Shown: in pieces, positions 11,321-23,636 of the stretch
How the letters are laid out: each line of letters opens with the position of its first letter
Numbering within the stretch: position 1 is the first letter of the stretch
NCBI GenBank assembly: GCA_013265495.1
Contig: MU061538.1
Span: 1,693,339-1,757,338 of the forward strand
Source of the DNA: Vicugna vicugna
Lineage: Eukaryota
Reading direction: 5' to 3'
DNA length: 64,000 nucleotides
Translations under genes and position numbers: made by a program
Notes under the pieces: generated by a model
Seen by the model: the letters and a program-made list of their open reading frames with translations, nothing else
Told to the model about the DNA's origin: nothing
Database searches by the model: none

Positions 11321-11769
11321 TAAGTCTCCAAGGAATAATAAAATGTGTAATGACATGCCTGTGGTGATCTGTACTTAATTATGTAATTTTCTAATACCCA
11401 GAAGGTATGCACCCGCAGAGACGAGCCAACGGCCTTGTACGGCATTCATTTCATGAGGTCACTGGTCATTAAAGTTTAATCATGTCCCATTAAAAAATAA
11501 AGATTTCTGTTTTTACGCTTTCCCAATAATTACTAATATGGGCACGTGGTAAGGTATGAAGTCATCCGATTTTTTTTAAACAGAGAGAGTTCTCACACGA
11601 GGCCGAGCCAGCGCGCTCCGCCCGCCCCCTGCACGCACCTGTCAGGACAGAGGAGTCCGTGCGCCCGGCTGCTGGGGCCGCCGCAGCTGACGTGGGGAAG
11701 GGAATGCCTGACGTGGATGGGGCGCCGCTGACTGCTGACTTGCAGAGTCGGGACCAGGGGAATTCTGGA

Positions 11770-11890
11770 GGCGGCCTGCTGAGGTCGGGGACTTCATCTC
11801 TGCTCCTATCACCTGGAACCTCTGTGGGTGCCAGCACGTAGGTGCCCTGTGAATATTTCTGAATGAATGAACTAGTGGGTGAATGAATGA
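11770..11890 (+). mobile_element. L2 3' end
   Basis: GTGCCAGCACGTAGGTGCCCTGTGAATATTTCTGAATGAATGAA terminus. Confidence 0.7.
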
Positions 11891-12764
11891 GGCCCAGATA
11901 AACTCCAAAATGTCTCATGGAGAAAGGGCTTGAGCCAGGCCTTGAAGGAGGGTAGGAGTTGACAGACCACATCCAGCCAAGAGGCCCAAAGGATGCTTCT
12001 CTGAGTAACAAGAGTGGCCTGGCTGCTTCAGAGGTCGTGCAGATGGACAGCGGTCACCGGGGGCCTTAGAAGTCTGGTTTTTTCTCAGCTCTAACTCCTT
12101 TAAAAACTCTTTCGTCCAAAACCTCAGCCTGGAAATCTCGTGTCACTGTATCTGCTGCTGCCCTGCCGCCAGTGGCTCCAGCCTTCACAGACACAAGGTC
12201 ACAGGCCAGGACCCCCCGAAGGCGTCCACGTGGAGCCCTGGAGGGGCGTGTGGTGCCCCTGGAGGCAGCGGTGGTGGGCTGCGGGCCACCACGAAACAGA
12301 GTCCGGGAGCAGGGCAGGCGCAGGCTGCGCACGGCGCGCAGACATGTTGTGGGGTTTCTGAGGTTTTCCATCGGGCCTCTGCCCACCACCTCCCTCGGAC
12401 AGCTGGTGCATCCAACAGGTGAGGGCATCTGAAGGAGAGGCATCCTGCGTGGCGTGGGGTCCTGCCCACAGTGGACCTCGGGTGAGCCAGGATCCAGGCC
12501 AGCCCTCAGCTTTCTCAGGTCTCAGACAGAAGCTGGAATACCTGCCTCACCTCCGCTCTGACCTCCCGCAACGCCCAGGCCACGTGCAGGAGGACCCGGA
12601 GCAAGCAAACAAGCTGGCCCGGGAACCAGAACTGATCACAAGAGGGCAGGCAGGGCAGGAGTCTGCGGGAAGCTCTGGCCAAGTCCCCCAGACGCCTGCA
12701 GCCTTAGTTCGCCGACCCCGAGCGTGAGACCGTGGGCCGGGCTCAGCGGCCACATCCCTGTCCG

Positions 12765-12875
12765 GGAACCAGGTGTACCAGAATCACCTGAGACCTGCTT
12801 TCACATGCTAGTGTTGGTGCCGATGGCAGGGCCCGGAATCAGCGACGCGAGATGGGAGCCCCGCCTGGAGAGCCT
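12765..12875 (+). mobile_element. MER5-like hAT-Charlie fragment
   Basis: CCAGAATCACCTGAGACCTGCTTTCACATGC...GGAATCAGCGACGCGAGATGGGAGCCC resembles MER5A. Confidence 0.4.
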
Positions 12876-13970
12876 CGGCTGTGAGTTCCCAGCGCAGTGA
12901 CAGGTGCAGCGTTGAGCGTGGAGCTCTGTGGTGCGGAGGGCTCGCAGCCTCCCACCCGTGTGGCCCACTGGTGGCTCCCTGGCCCCAGGACCCTCGCACG
13001 TCATGCCCACATTGTCCAGGGCTGTCGGCTGGCTTCTTCCTCACAGCTGATAAGAGAGCTTATCTACTCTGTTCACACCAAACAAGAGCCACAGGTCCAA
13101 CCTGGGCCAGAACACTGTTGCTTCAATTTCCAGAAAGACGTAACTGGTGTGTTCCCTGGAGAGCTGGTTCGCATTGACTTGCCACCATCTGCTTACGTTT
13201 CCTGCCAGCCTACGCTGCAGTGCAGCCCGGCAGGAGGTGAAACCTGACCTCTTCTGCTGGTAACCACGCCCCTCTTCTCCAGCTCTCCCCCACTTACACC
13301 TTGCCCTCAGATCTCAGCGTGTCCTGACTTCTAGCCTGATTGCTGAGGACCTACTGTGTGCGGGGCCAGTGGTAGACAGGGACAGACACCAAAGCTGGGG
13401 GTACTTTGCTTGCTCCAGTTGAGTGACTTAAGTCCCTAATATTCTGGTGTCTAAAGTGATGGCCAGTTTAGACTCTCGGCTCCCCTAATGAAGGCAGGAA
13501 CTCCTCTGGGATTTCCAAGGTTGAGGGGACCCTTGGAATGATCTGACCCAGGATATCTCTCCATGATGAGGAGAGTTGATGAAAATGAAGCCCAGAGGAT
13601 GCGGTGTCCACCTGAGGGCAGGGAGGGCTTCTCCACACCCCCCGCAGCAGGACGAGCAGCCACACGGGGCTCCACAGCATCCCACGCCCCGCACGGGAAC
13701 GCCAGTGGCTAGGCTCCTGTTTGGCGTCCGTCTGAGCTTCGGTCTTCTTTCTGAAAGGCAGAGAAGACCGTGGAAGGTCAACGGGACGTCCTTCACAGGA
13801 CAAAGAGCCATTTTTGAGAGAGTGAGGGTGTTCTGACCAACAGCCCAGCAGAAAGTCTTCTCAGATGGAAACACATGGTGTGAGGTCCAGGCTCGGGGTC
13901 CTCTGCCCCGTACCTCCGGCTGCCTCTGGGGTCCTTGTGCGCTTCCAGGCCACTTCATCACAGCTCATAC

Positions 13971-14290
13971 CTGGAAAGCCGTCCCCAAGCAGAGAATGGC
14001 ACACGCGCTCTGCCCGGGACTGGGCGGGAGGGCGGGGGCCTGGGTCCTTTCCCAGAAGTACTGAGTTGAGCCGCAGGCCCCCGCGCCCAGCTTCCTGCCT
14101 GGCGTCGAAGGGCTTGCGCCTGGGAGCGGCTGCTGCTGCATTTAAATGCACCCCTCTGCCCCCACGCCGCCCCGCTCTGCCTCCTCTGACTGGCCCTGGG
14201 CCCCGGAGGCTGGCCCCTGCCCGCGGCGTCCCCGGCTCCCACCCCCTCTCTTCCGCATGGGCTCGCCCGTGGGAGCAGTATCGTTGGCTC
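13971..14290 (-). promoter_or_regulatory. Candidate minus-strand promoter and first exon (GC boxes, TATA-like ATTTAAAT, donor at 13971/13970)
   Basis: CpG-rich patch. Minus-strand order is GCGGGGGCGGCGTGGGGGC (about 14177-14159), then TGCATTTAAATGCA (14150-14137), then about 165 nt, then CAG|GTATGA. Confidence 0.4.
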
Positions 14291-15329
14291 CTAGGATGAC
14301 GGACACAGGATGGCCACCACAGGTGTCCCCTGAGTCTTAAAGGAACAGGACTCCATGTCCCCTAACCCCTAGCTCTCAGCTCCCCGAGAGCGTGCCTTCT
14401 GCAAGGAGCAAGGTAGACACCTGGGAACAGGGCGAGGAACTGGAATAAAGGCGTGGCTCCCCCTCTCCTCCCCTGTTCCCTCCTTCCCGCTCTTCAAAGC
14501 CCTTTAGCTCGAGGTAGAAGCAGCAAGTACAACGCCTTTGGCAGACTATCTGGGTGAGAACAAGGAGTTAATATCTCTCAAAATTCAGGAGGACAGAGCC
14601 GACCGGAGAGGACGTGCCTCAGAACACTTCCTCCCCCGCAAGGTCAAAGCCAGAATTGGTCACTAAGGAAGGTATTAATCTTGGTGTTGCTGCTTGACAT
14701 CTGGGCACATTAGGAGACATCGAAAGAGCTATAACGGCACAATCCAATACTGCAAGAACAGGACGAGAAGACGCTTCTGTTCCTGAATCCGCCCAACGCC
14801 AATTCCGGGTATTTTTAAAACTGACCGAATCCCGGGCGGAGGGGCTGGGATGCTGAGTGCCCTCCCCAGGCAAACTCCCCAGCACCCGGCCTCTGTCAGC
14901 AGAGCGGGGCACCCGCACCGGGTCCACCAGCAAGGCTCGGGCAGGAGGCCGCTGAGCCTCCAAGACCTTGGCTGAAGGACACAGAGCAGGGAGGCCGCTG
15001 GAGCCAAAGAGCCTGGCCCCACCGACAGCGGGGCTGCCTCCCAGCCCCAGCTTCGTGGTCACCGTTTGTATGACCGTGTCATTACTGCGCTCTGAGCTTC
15101 AGTTTCCCTGTCTGAGGGACTGAGGCAAGCACGCCCACTCCCGGGGGAGCTGCTGAGTGCCCAGCGGGCAGAGCCTTCCTCACCGACAGGTCACGGTCAC
15201 CATGTGTCCGAGGCCAGGCCCGAGGAGGGCTGGCCCCCGCACCCCAGGTCACTGTGGGACCAGCCCCGTGGGCAGCCATCACTCCAACAGCACCCCCACC
15301 ACCATGTGACCCTGAGTTCTACCTAAGTG

Positions 15330-15708
15330 ACAAAACGCACAGCCCGGGCTGCCTGCCTAAGGTGCCTCCTGCACCCAGAGCCACGGTGGTTCTTCCTCCA
15401 AGGCCCCTTCCTCCGCCAGCCCCCTGGGGTGCCCTCAGGTCCGGCTGCTCTGGCACCCAGGGTGACCGAGGATGGCAATGCCTGCCCAACCCCCATCCGT
15501 CATCCGGCCACCTGCTTCGTGTCTCTCCACGCAGGCGTCCCCAGGAAAATGCCACTTGCACTTACGGACTTGTTTCCTGTGTCTCCTGCACGAAGTGTGA
15601 GCTCCTACGGGGAAGGACTTTTGTCTGTTCTGTTGACTTCCCAGATCCCTGTTACCTGCCCCTGTGCCGGGCACACTGATGCTCACAGATATTTCAGGAA
15701 TGAATGAG
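15330..15708 (+). mobile_element. L2 3' region
   Basis: GTGTGAGCTCCTACGGGGAAGGACTTTTGTCTGTTCTGTT...GTGCCGGGCACACTGATGCTCACAGATATTTCAGGAATGAATGA. Confidence 0.7.
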
Positions 15709-18700
15709 CGATCAGCCAACCCAGCAGAGAAAGCTTCCCAGCCCTCCGCCTTCATTCTGTTTGAGGGAAGAGGCTTTCTGAGCACCTTGGTGCCAGGTGG
15801 AAGCCGTTGTCCTCCCACTCCTCCTTCCTTCCTTACCTGCTGCCCGCCTGCCGCCCCCGCCCCGGTCAGCCTCTGGTCTGCTCTAAGAGGGTCCAGCCAG
15901 CTGTGGCCCCCAGCTGGTCCTGTCCTCGGCCATGGGTTCAGTGCAGCCGCTCAGCCTTCAGGGCCCCACAGATGGCTGGATGCCGGCCTCCCTAGGGGCC
16001 CGGCCTCCTCTCCGCCTCCCAGAGGCACCCAGCTCTCCCTGCAGGGACTGCGGGAAGCTGCCCCAGCACAAAGCCCCCTGCAGGAGCCCTGGGCCGAGCC
16101 CTGGGGCAGCTGGCCCTCCGCTCCATCCTGCTGCTAACAAGCTGCCTGGAAAGGTCAGTCTCCTCAGTCTCCCTCCTGGGACAGACCAGCAGGGCGATGC
16201 TGAGAAGCAAGCGCGGCCCTCCCTGCTGGCTGCTTGGCTGACCTGTCCCCCAGCACCTCATCGCTACTTCCCCTGCAGTTACTACATGTCGCATGGGGTG
16301 CTTCAGTGCCCGGAAGGAGGTCCTCTGGACGCCGCCCTCTCCCAGGAACTGGCAGCGTTAGCCGAGCTCAGACCCCTTCAGCATCTGTCAGCGGAGACAG
16401 CGCCGTGGCACACAGCCCCTCAGGGTGCTGGGGGGAGCTCGGTCCAGGCTGCTCGACAGGCCCCACTGCTCTGTGAGGGCAGCATCCAGCAGCCCATTTC
16501 ACAGACCAGGAAACTAAGGCTGAGAGATGAAACACCGTCCCTGAGACCGCAGAGGAGCTGGGGTTTAAATCCAAGTGTCATGTGTCATTTGTCCCTGAAG
16601 TTCGACTTGGCAGACAATGGAAGTTACCTCGGTTACTTGTGAATGAAGGCCGTCCTTCCCGCGGTCACTCAGGAGACAGCTGGGGGACACTGGCTAACTG
16701 GGAAGGGGAGACATCTGTTGCTTCTTTTTAGAGGGAGAGAGCCCTGCCTCTTGTCCCTCCGCCATCCTCTCAAGGCCGGCTGCTTGCTTTGTGCGCACAA
16801 GCTCCCGTCTGTGCGGGTCTGGGGGCCAGGGTCTGCCACATTCTTCTCGACCGCGTGACATTCCAGCCGCCAGCCCGCTGTGTCCTGTCACACAGGGATG
16901 AGACTTTACTCACTGCCTTGCCATTTACTTCAGGGCGCCGACCGCGGCCCGGAGATGTCAGACAGGCCGGATCCGAGATCCGCTGGGGCTTCTGGAACCG
17001 GGGGGCACTGCCCGCCGGGCCAGGAGCCTCCTGGCTGCCCACGCCCTCCCGGCACGTCTGCGGGAACGAGCTGGAGCGCGGCCTCGCAGGGTCAGCAGGG
17101 CTGGGGCCTGGGCCCCCGAGAGCCGTGGGCCGCCGCCCCACACCATTCAGCAGCTGCTTGAAGGCCGGCTGGTCGCGATGCCATCTATTTCAGACTCCCA
17201 CGGGCTTCCGACAGGACAGAGAGCAAAGCCGAGTATTGAGAACAGCTGGCATTTGGTGTTCCATTGTCCCGGTACAAGTGGGCTCCCAGGCCCGGACTTC
17301 CAAGCAGTCCTCTCCTGAAGGTCACCAACAATGTGACCAAGCCGGGGCAGCCATGGGTGAGCCAGGCCCTGCGAGATGAAAATCCTTTTGTTGTCCAGCC
17401 TGAAAGTCAAACGTTGCCATTTGAGACTGCCTAGACAGCGGGGAGCCCTCCCCGTCAAGGTGGCAGCCCCTGGGGCAGAAGTCAGCATCGTGGCATCAAC
17501 CAGCAGGGCCATGCGGAGCAAGGGCCCATTCTCCCTTCAGAGACAAGCGCTGTTGTGGTCCAGACACAGCGGCAATAAAGAGGTGCTTGTTTGAAAGGCC
17601 ACCGACCAAGCCGGGCCTGGAAGGAGAGGTGGCCATAGCCCGGGCCAGGCGCTCGGCTCCAAGCCCACCCTGCATCTCAGCCAAGGTACCACCCAGCCAG
17701 CTCTCGCATCGCTCTCTAAAAGGCGCAAACACTGCCTGTCTGCCACTCCCGGCGGAAACCCAGGGCTGGGTTCCTGCGAGTCTCAGGATCAGAGGCTCTT
17801 ACTTGGTGCGTTTCTGTTTAAAGTCGCCATACCTGGTATACACCCTTGATTCATTAACAGTGAGCTAGCAGCCAGCAGTCCTGGAATCACACCTGAATAA
17901 TCTCTGTTCAGCAAGATGTTTGGCCATGAGGCCCACCACGGCGTCCTGCACGTAGGAACCCTGGACAGCCCTTCAGTGCTACTCCGGGGGGCCGTTCTAA
18001 ACAAAGAAAACACCAACAGAATGTGCGAAGACGGGGACAACAGGGCACTGCAGACCACGAGGGGGACATGTGTTCACAGAATGAGTTGAAGCCAGGGGAG
18101 CGTTGCCCAGGGCCACTGTAGCCGGGAGCGCACGTGTCACAGGGGCCACAGGAAATGACTCCTCCTCCCACTCGGGCAGAAAAGCAGAAAAGCAGCCCTC
18201 GTAATGGCCCCAGAGGATTTTCTGGCTTTTTGACAAAATGTAAGTTTCCAAACAGAGACCCTCTCAAGAGCCAAGATGCTCGGCTCTTCGTGGCGTGGAG
18301 GGGAGCACGCTGCTAAATGCGTCTGCTTTGGGGCCCCTCGGGGGAGAAACTTCAGGGCTGGAAAACGTTCCCCTCAGAAGCACAGCTGGTTCTGCAGCCT
18401 CGGGGTCTCCAGCGGAGCCTGGTGGAGGAGGCTCTGGAGCAGCGATTCTGGAGGAAGCTTCTAGAAGGACTCAGTGACGTGCCTGGGTCCTCAGGCCTGG
18501 CGGGCCCTGGGCAACTCCGACTCAAGAAGCTGGTATCAGAACACACCAGAAAGCTCCATCTGGACCTCCGTCCTCTCCAGGGGCGCCCGGGGGCCCGGCG
18601 GCTCTGGTCCCAGCCTCTGAGCATCCTGGGATGTGTGCACGTGTGCTCCCTGCTTGCCTTTGCCTCAAGGCCTTTCTCCTCCGCCCCTCGGCTCTGTCTT

Positions 18701-19884
18701 CAGGGACCCTGGGAGGTCAGCTCCCCGTCACCCTGCCCACTCCGTCCACTGCTCCCACAGAAGGTAGAAGGAGGACCTCCATCTGCAGGGCAGCAGTTGC
18801 CGATGAAGCAGCCCTGCTCTGCCGGGACGGCTCAGAGGGCAAAAAGCAGCAGGCTTTCTCAGCCCAGCACAGTGCTGTTCCCATGTTCCCCAGAGGCTGG
18901 AGCCCCGCTGCTCTCGGAGGGACTTCCTGAGACAGGAGGTGAGAGGGAGTGAGGTCCCGCCTGGGATACCAGGCTCCCCGCTGTACGGGGTCCCTCTGTC
19001 TCCCGGGGGCCTCACACAGCCACCTTATTCAGGCGCAGGGCTGCAGTAAAGCTGGGGAAATGCCCCTCAGCCCGCAGAATAAACCAGGAGTGGCCAGTCT
19101 TCCAAGATCGTACAGGGAGTGGGTTTCTTTCCTACTTGTCTCTGAGAAGGGGGAGGGTGCCGGCAGTGCAGGCAGACGGGAGCTGCTGCTCTGGCCTGAG
19201 GCCTTCGTGTGGGCTGGGCGAGGACTGGGAGTAGACAGGCTGGTGAGGAGAGGGAACGTCTGTCTACCAGCCGGGGCAGCTGCACGACACCCTGGGTGAT
19301 GGGAGCTGACACCATGTGGTCAGGGGTGACTCTGGGGTCCCTCCAGTCCCCTGAGGGAGGGGCCAGCCCAGGGCCAGCCTCCAGGAGCCAGATGTGTGCT
19401 GGAATTGGTGACGGCATCCAGCCATTCAGACCCACTCCTGGGAGGCGGCCATGTGACACAAGACGCCGAATGAAGGAGGCGGGCACTTCCCTCCCATCCT
19501 CTTCCCCGTCACCTGTGGGGGGCTCGCAGTGAGTTTTGGATGCCATCCCCACGCCTGCTGTCCCCCGCTGGGGAGCACAGGGCAGCCCACAGACCACGTG
19601 CACACAATGGGCCAGAACTCGCTAATGTGCCCTTAAGATGGGGCCTGGGGTCCCAGCTGGATTCAAACCCAACAAGTCTGCACCTGGAGTCCTCTTCTAT
19701 TAAACAGAAAGGGCATTACCTACATCTCCCAGGATTAAAAACGTGGTGACAGTTCAGAACAAGGGGTTAGCACAGAGGGCTCCTGGCAGGGGCTCAGTTA
19801 ACAGCACCAAGGACAGAGGCTCCGCCTGAACAGGTTTCAAGCTCAGAGATTCCAGTTCATGCCTCAGGCTGTCCTTCGAAGGCC

Positions 19885-19983
19885 TGTGGCTACTCAGCCC
19901 TGGATTGAAGGGTTCCCCCCAAATGGAACTTCCAGTGCCAAAGCCGGGAATGTCGGGCAAACTGGGACGAGCTGGCCGTCCCA
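19885..19983 (-). mobile_element. MER94/MER81-like hAT-Blackjack MITE
   Basis: TGAAGGGTTCCCC...ACTTCCAGTGCCAAAGCCGGGAATGTCGGGCAAACTGGGACGAGCTGGCCGTCCCA resembles the MER94 end GGCAAACCGGGACGAGTTGGTCACCCTA. Confidence 0.6.
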
Positions 19984-21299
19984 TTTAACTTTCCCATCTC
20001 ATCCTTGTAAAGTGGAGGTGATGCCGTCTGATTCGGAGCATCTGAGTTCTCTCTTGTCCCCCCAGCGCTGCCCGTTTTCCTCCTGTGTTGTAGCCAGCCT
20101 GTGCCACACTGCCCGCTGGCACCCAGGCCCTTCCGCTGTGACACCCTGTGGTCGGGCAGGGTCCCCACCACAACTTTTATGTGTACTTTTGACCACAAGA
20201 TCTTATGGAAAGTCACCCCGATGTTGGCATGTGTGGGTCCCACATAGAGGAGGGACAGGGTGTGAGTTACCGGGTGGTAACAAATAAGAACCAATCACCA
20301 AAAACGTGACATTGGATGAAGTACATGGACATATAGGTTCACATATTTTAAAAGTTGTCAAAATGAGTGACCTTCATGAAAATCTTTGGCAAAGGAGTGT
20401 TCTTAAACCACCAGCTTCACTAGATTAAGTGAATAGCAGAGCTGACTGAAAACAAAAGCTCAACACTTCTAAGGTTTGGGGCTGGGGCTGGGGTAGAAAC
20501 CTGACTTTTGGAGTAACTAGGTATTGACTGATGCGATGCAACTGGTGCGGACGAGGATGACCTGAAATGAGGGGTGCATGGCACTGTGTGGACAGGCCCT
20601 CTGGTCTGCACCCTGAATGCCATTGGACTGTTTGAGATGCACTGAGGACTGACATCCCCTGGGCATTGGTCACACCCTCAAGTGCATCCCCAGGAACTTA
20701 CAGACAAACCCAGACAAAGGGCCCCAGGGAGAAAGCAGATGCCCATCTTCCCCCAGGACGCTTGAGTCTAACAAGTGCCCAGGTGACACCAGCCTACCTG
20801 GATGCTGCCTTTCACACCTGCCTCTCCACCCAGATTTCCCAGTTCCCCCTTCTGGCTCAGCTCCACCATCTCTCTGGCTGAAGCTGCCCTGCTCCCCCCA
20901 CCACAGTGCCTCTCAATCAGCCTCCCTCTACATCCTCCATTCTCACTGCTGCCATGTCAATCTGTCAATCAGGCTCTGCTCCTCCCTCCTGCTAGTGACC
21001 CTACTGCTCAGCCAATGGAGTCCAGAATCCTTTGCTGGGAGATGAGGACGCCTTCTCTGAGCTGCCCCTAACCCAAGTATTAATGAGTCCAACCTGGGCT
21101 CAAGTGTGGTTATGAACTCCAGACATGCCACTTACTAGCAATGGAACCTCAAGAAAGTCACTTAATTGGCTCAGAGTCAGGAACTCCTCAGCCCAGTCTC
21201 CTCTTCTGACTCCCTCTGCCCTTCCAGCTCCTGTTACAGCCCCAAACAGTGCAAACTGGTGTTCTTTGATGCTGCCAGAACATTTGACAATTGTTTTAT

Positions 21300-21590
21300 T
21301 ATTAGACCCTACAGACAAAGAGCAGCAGGAATTGGCCCAGCGAGCTCTATTCATAGTCAGGATGGGGAGACCAGGCTCCCATCACTCAAGATTCAGGGAC
21401 ACATGCTGATTTCAGAGGACAAGGAGGGCCACAGGCCACTGAGGAAGGCTGCCTGGACGTGGTAGCACATGACCTAGAACTTGGAGGCACAGAGGGACGT
21501 AAGTGAGTGAGCAGACAGTGCTGGCAGAAGGAGAGTGACAAGAACATGGCCCCTTAGAGTCATGGTCCTCAATAGGTCAGCTAAGAGTCT
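21300..21590. mobile_element. Possible ERVL-type solo LTR remnant (MER76/77-like)
   Basis: Begins ATTAGACCCTACAGAC and has purine-rich GGGCCACAG...GGAGGCACAGAGGGA segments; weak recalled similarity only. Confidence 0.3.
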
Positions 21591-21609
21591 TACTTAAAAT
21601 ATGGAATAT

Positions 21610-21748
21610 GGGGGAGGGTATAGCTCAGTGGTAGAGCACATGCTTAGCATGCATGAGGTCCTGGGTTCAATCCCTAGCACCTCCACTAAATAAATAAATA
21701 AAACTAATTACCTTCTACTGAACAAAACAAAACAAACAAAAGAAAACA
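21610..21748 (+). mobile_element. tRNA-Ala-derived SINE (camelid vic-1 type) with TSD
   Basis: GGGGGAGGGTATAGCTCAGTGGTAGAGCACATGCTTAGCATGCATGAGGTCCTGGGTTCAATCCCTAGCACCTCCA, then (TAAA)n, CTAATTACC and an (AAAAC)n tail. TSD AAAATATGGAATA (21596-21608) / AAAATATGGGATA (21749-21761) at a TT/AAAA site. Confidence 0.95.
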
Positions 21749-22169
21749 AAAATATGGGATAACCAGAACATGCATCCTCTGGATATTCTGGTTAATTGGG
21801 TGCAGGGGAGTCCGGTATAAAATGCATGCTTTTCAGATACAGGCTTTAAGGCAGAAAACAAAAATGTAGCAAGGCCTCCTTTCAGTAGAAGTGGCATACA
21901 AAGAGTTGCTTCAAAAGACTCCAAAGAGCACAGCTCTGAGTGTCCCAGTGTGAATTTCAACTACGTTGCTTCTCGGAGGGTGCTGTTGGCACTGCAGAGT
22001 CGAAGCCAGGTCCTCTGAGGCTGCTGGCAGGTGGAGCTCCCTCTGGAGCCACTCTGAGGCCATGAGAAGCCAGCCAGCTGGCAGAGGGACCCACAGCCAT
22101 GCGCCAGGAGAAAAGACTTCTGGTCAACCTCAGGTGGGGGTGGGGGTGGGCAGGGGGAGCGCCAGGCAG

Positions 22170-22725
22170 CGAGAGCATAGGGACATACACACAGAGCAAA
22201 GGGACAGAGCTGAGAACCCAGAAGTAAACCCCCACATCCGTGGTCAATCGATTTCGACAAGGGTGACAGGACAGTTCACCGGGGAAAGAACAGCGTTTTC
22301 AACCGTGGTGCTGGGAAAGCTGAATATCTACATGCAAAAGAATAAATTCGGGTCCCCTTCCTCACACCATATAGAAAAATTAACTCAAAATGTGAGAGCT
22401 GAGGCTAGGAAGCTCTCGGGGTACCTAGGTACAAACCGTGACCAGGCAGTGCTTCCTTAGCTATGACCAGGAGCACCAGGAGCCAAAGAAACAGCAGAAC
22501 CGCTGGAGTTCACCCAAATTAAAAACGTTTGTGCAGCAAAGAGCACTGAAGAACGTGGAGAGAGAACCCACTTTCTTCTGGATGGAAGCGGAGGATGAGA
22601 GGAAATATTTGCAGACTGCACATCTAACAAGGGTCTGCTACCCAGAACACATGAAGGGCTCCTACAACTCAACAACAAAACGGCCAATGACTCAATTTAA
22701 AAATGGATAAAGAATTGAATAGACT
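22170..22725 (+). mobile_element. Old L1 ORF2 3'-region fragment (L1M-type)
   Basis: Degenerate translation ...RAENPEVNPHIRGQSI... plus CAAATTAAAAACGTTTGTGCAGCAAAG and CCTACAACTCAACAACAAAA...AATTTAAAAATGG. Confidence 0.8.
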
Positions 22726-23489
22726 GAGAAAAGGGCATGAGACATCTAGACAGCTGTTGAGAGAAAAAGTGAGAAGTGAGAAGAGGTCAAGGCACCCTGG
22801 GTGCAGCCAAACAGCCCCCGACGCCTGGGATTCTGGCCCTCAAGGCGGCACGCGTGGACGGCCACACTCCATCCAGCGAGCCAGCCTGGGCGCCAGTGAG
22901 TGGAGGCCAGGGCAGGTCTGGCAGCTCCGTGGCACTTCGCAACAGTCAGAAGCTCAAGGGCCCTGGAATCACACGCGCGCTCCCCGAGACAGTCGGAGTG
23001 GCCGCGTGCTCCCCGGCAGGGCCCTGCTCCAGCCAGCGGCACGCTCTCCCCCACGCTCGGTGAAGCCCACCCAGATCCCTGAGTGGGCCCAGCCAGTCTG
23101 CAGGCCCAGGGGCACCGGAGGCAGAGCAGAGTCTCAGCAGAGACTCCCTTCAGCCACGCTCACATGGTGCAGGGCACCATCAGGACGCCCAAGATGCAGC
23201 CCCCCGGGACTGAACGTCAGCTCCGACGGGGGTACTGGACCTGGAGGGTGTCAGACTCACCAAAAGCTTTGGCTGGAAAAGCCATGAGGAAGGCGGGTCT
23301 TTCTCAGGCCCCTCACTTCTCCAGCCACCCTCTCTCCCCAGGGCCCAACGACTCTTCCTGGTCACCCCAGGCCAGGGAAATGCACCAGCAGACCCCCCTC
23401 CCGCCAGCGAATGGGTTTCTACCTGAGCCTGAGCCTTCCCTCTGAGTGGGCCTCCCTGGGACGTGGCTCAAAGCCATGTGAGGTTCCTC

Positions 23490-23636
23490 CGGAGCCTCTT
23501 GCATGTTTATCTGTGTGTCTCTGGTGTCCGTGTCCCTGCAGGCAGTAAGCATGGGGAGGGCGGGCGTGTTTACTCACAGTGCATCCCGGTGCCCGGCACA
23601 GTGTCTTAGGTGATGCTACCCCATAAATACTTATGG
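23490..23636 (+). mobile_element. L2 3' end
   Basis: CACAGTGCATCCCGGTGCCCGGCACAGTGTCTTAGGTGATGCTACCCCATAAATACTTATGGAA; runs directly into the GA repeat. Confidence 0.6.

Noticed and set aside
21614..21685. tRNA-Ala(AGC)-like gene (also at 1255-1325 and 31149-31220)
   Set aside because: The acceptor stem is mismatched, CpGs have decayed, and the sequence continues into a SINE tail with a TSD. These are SINE heads, not tRNA genes.
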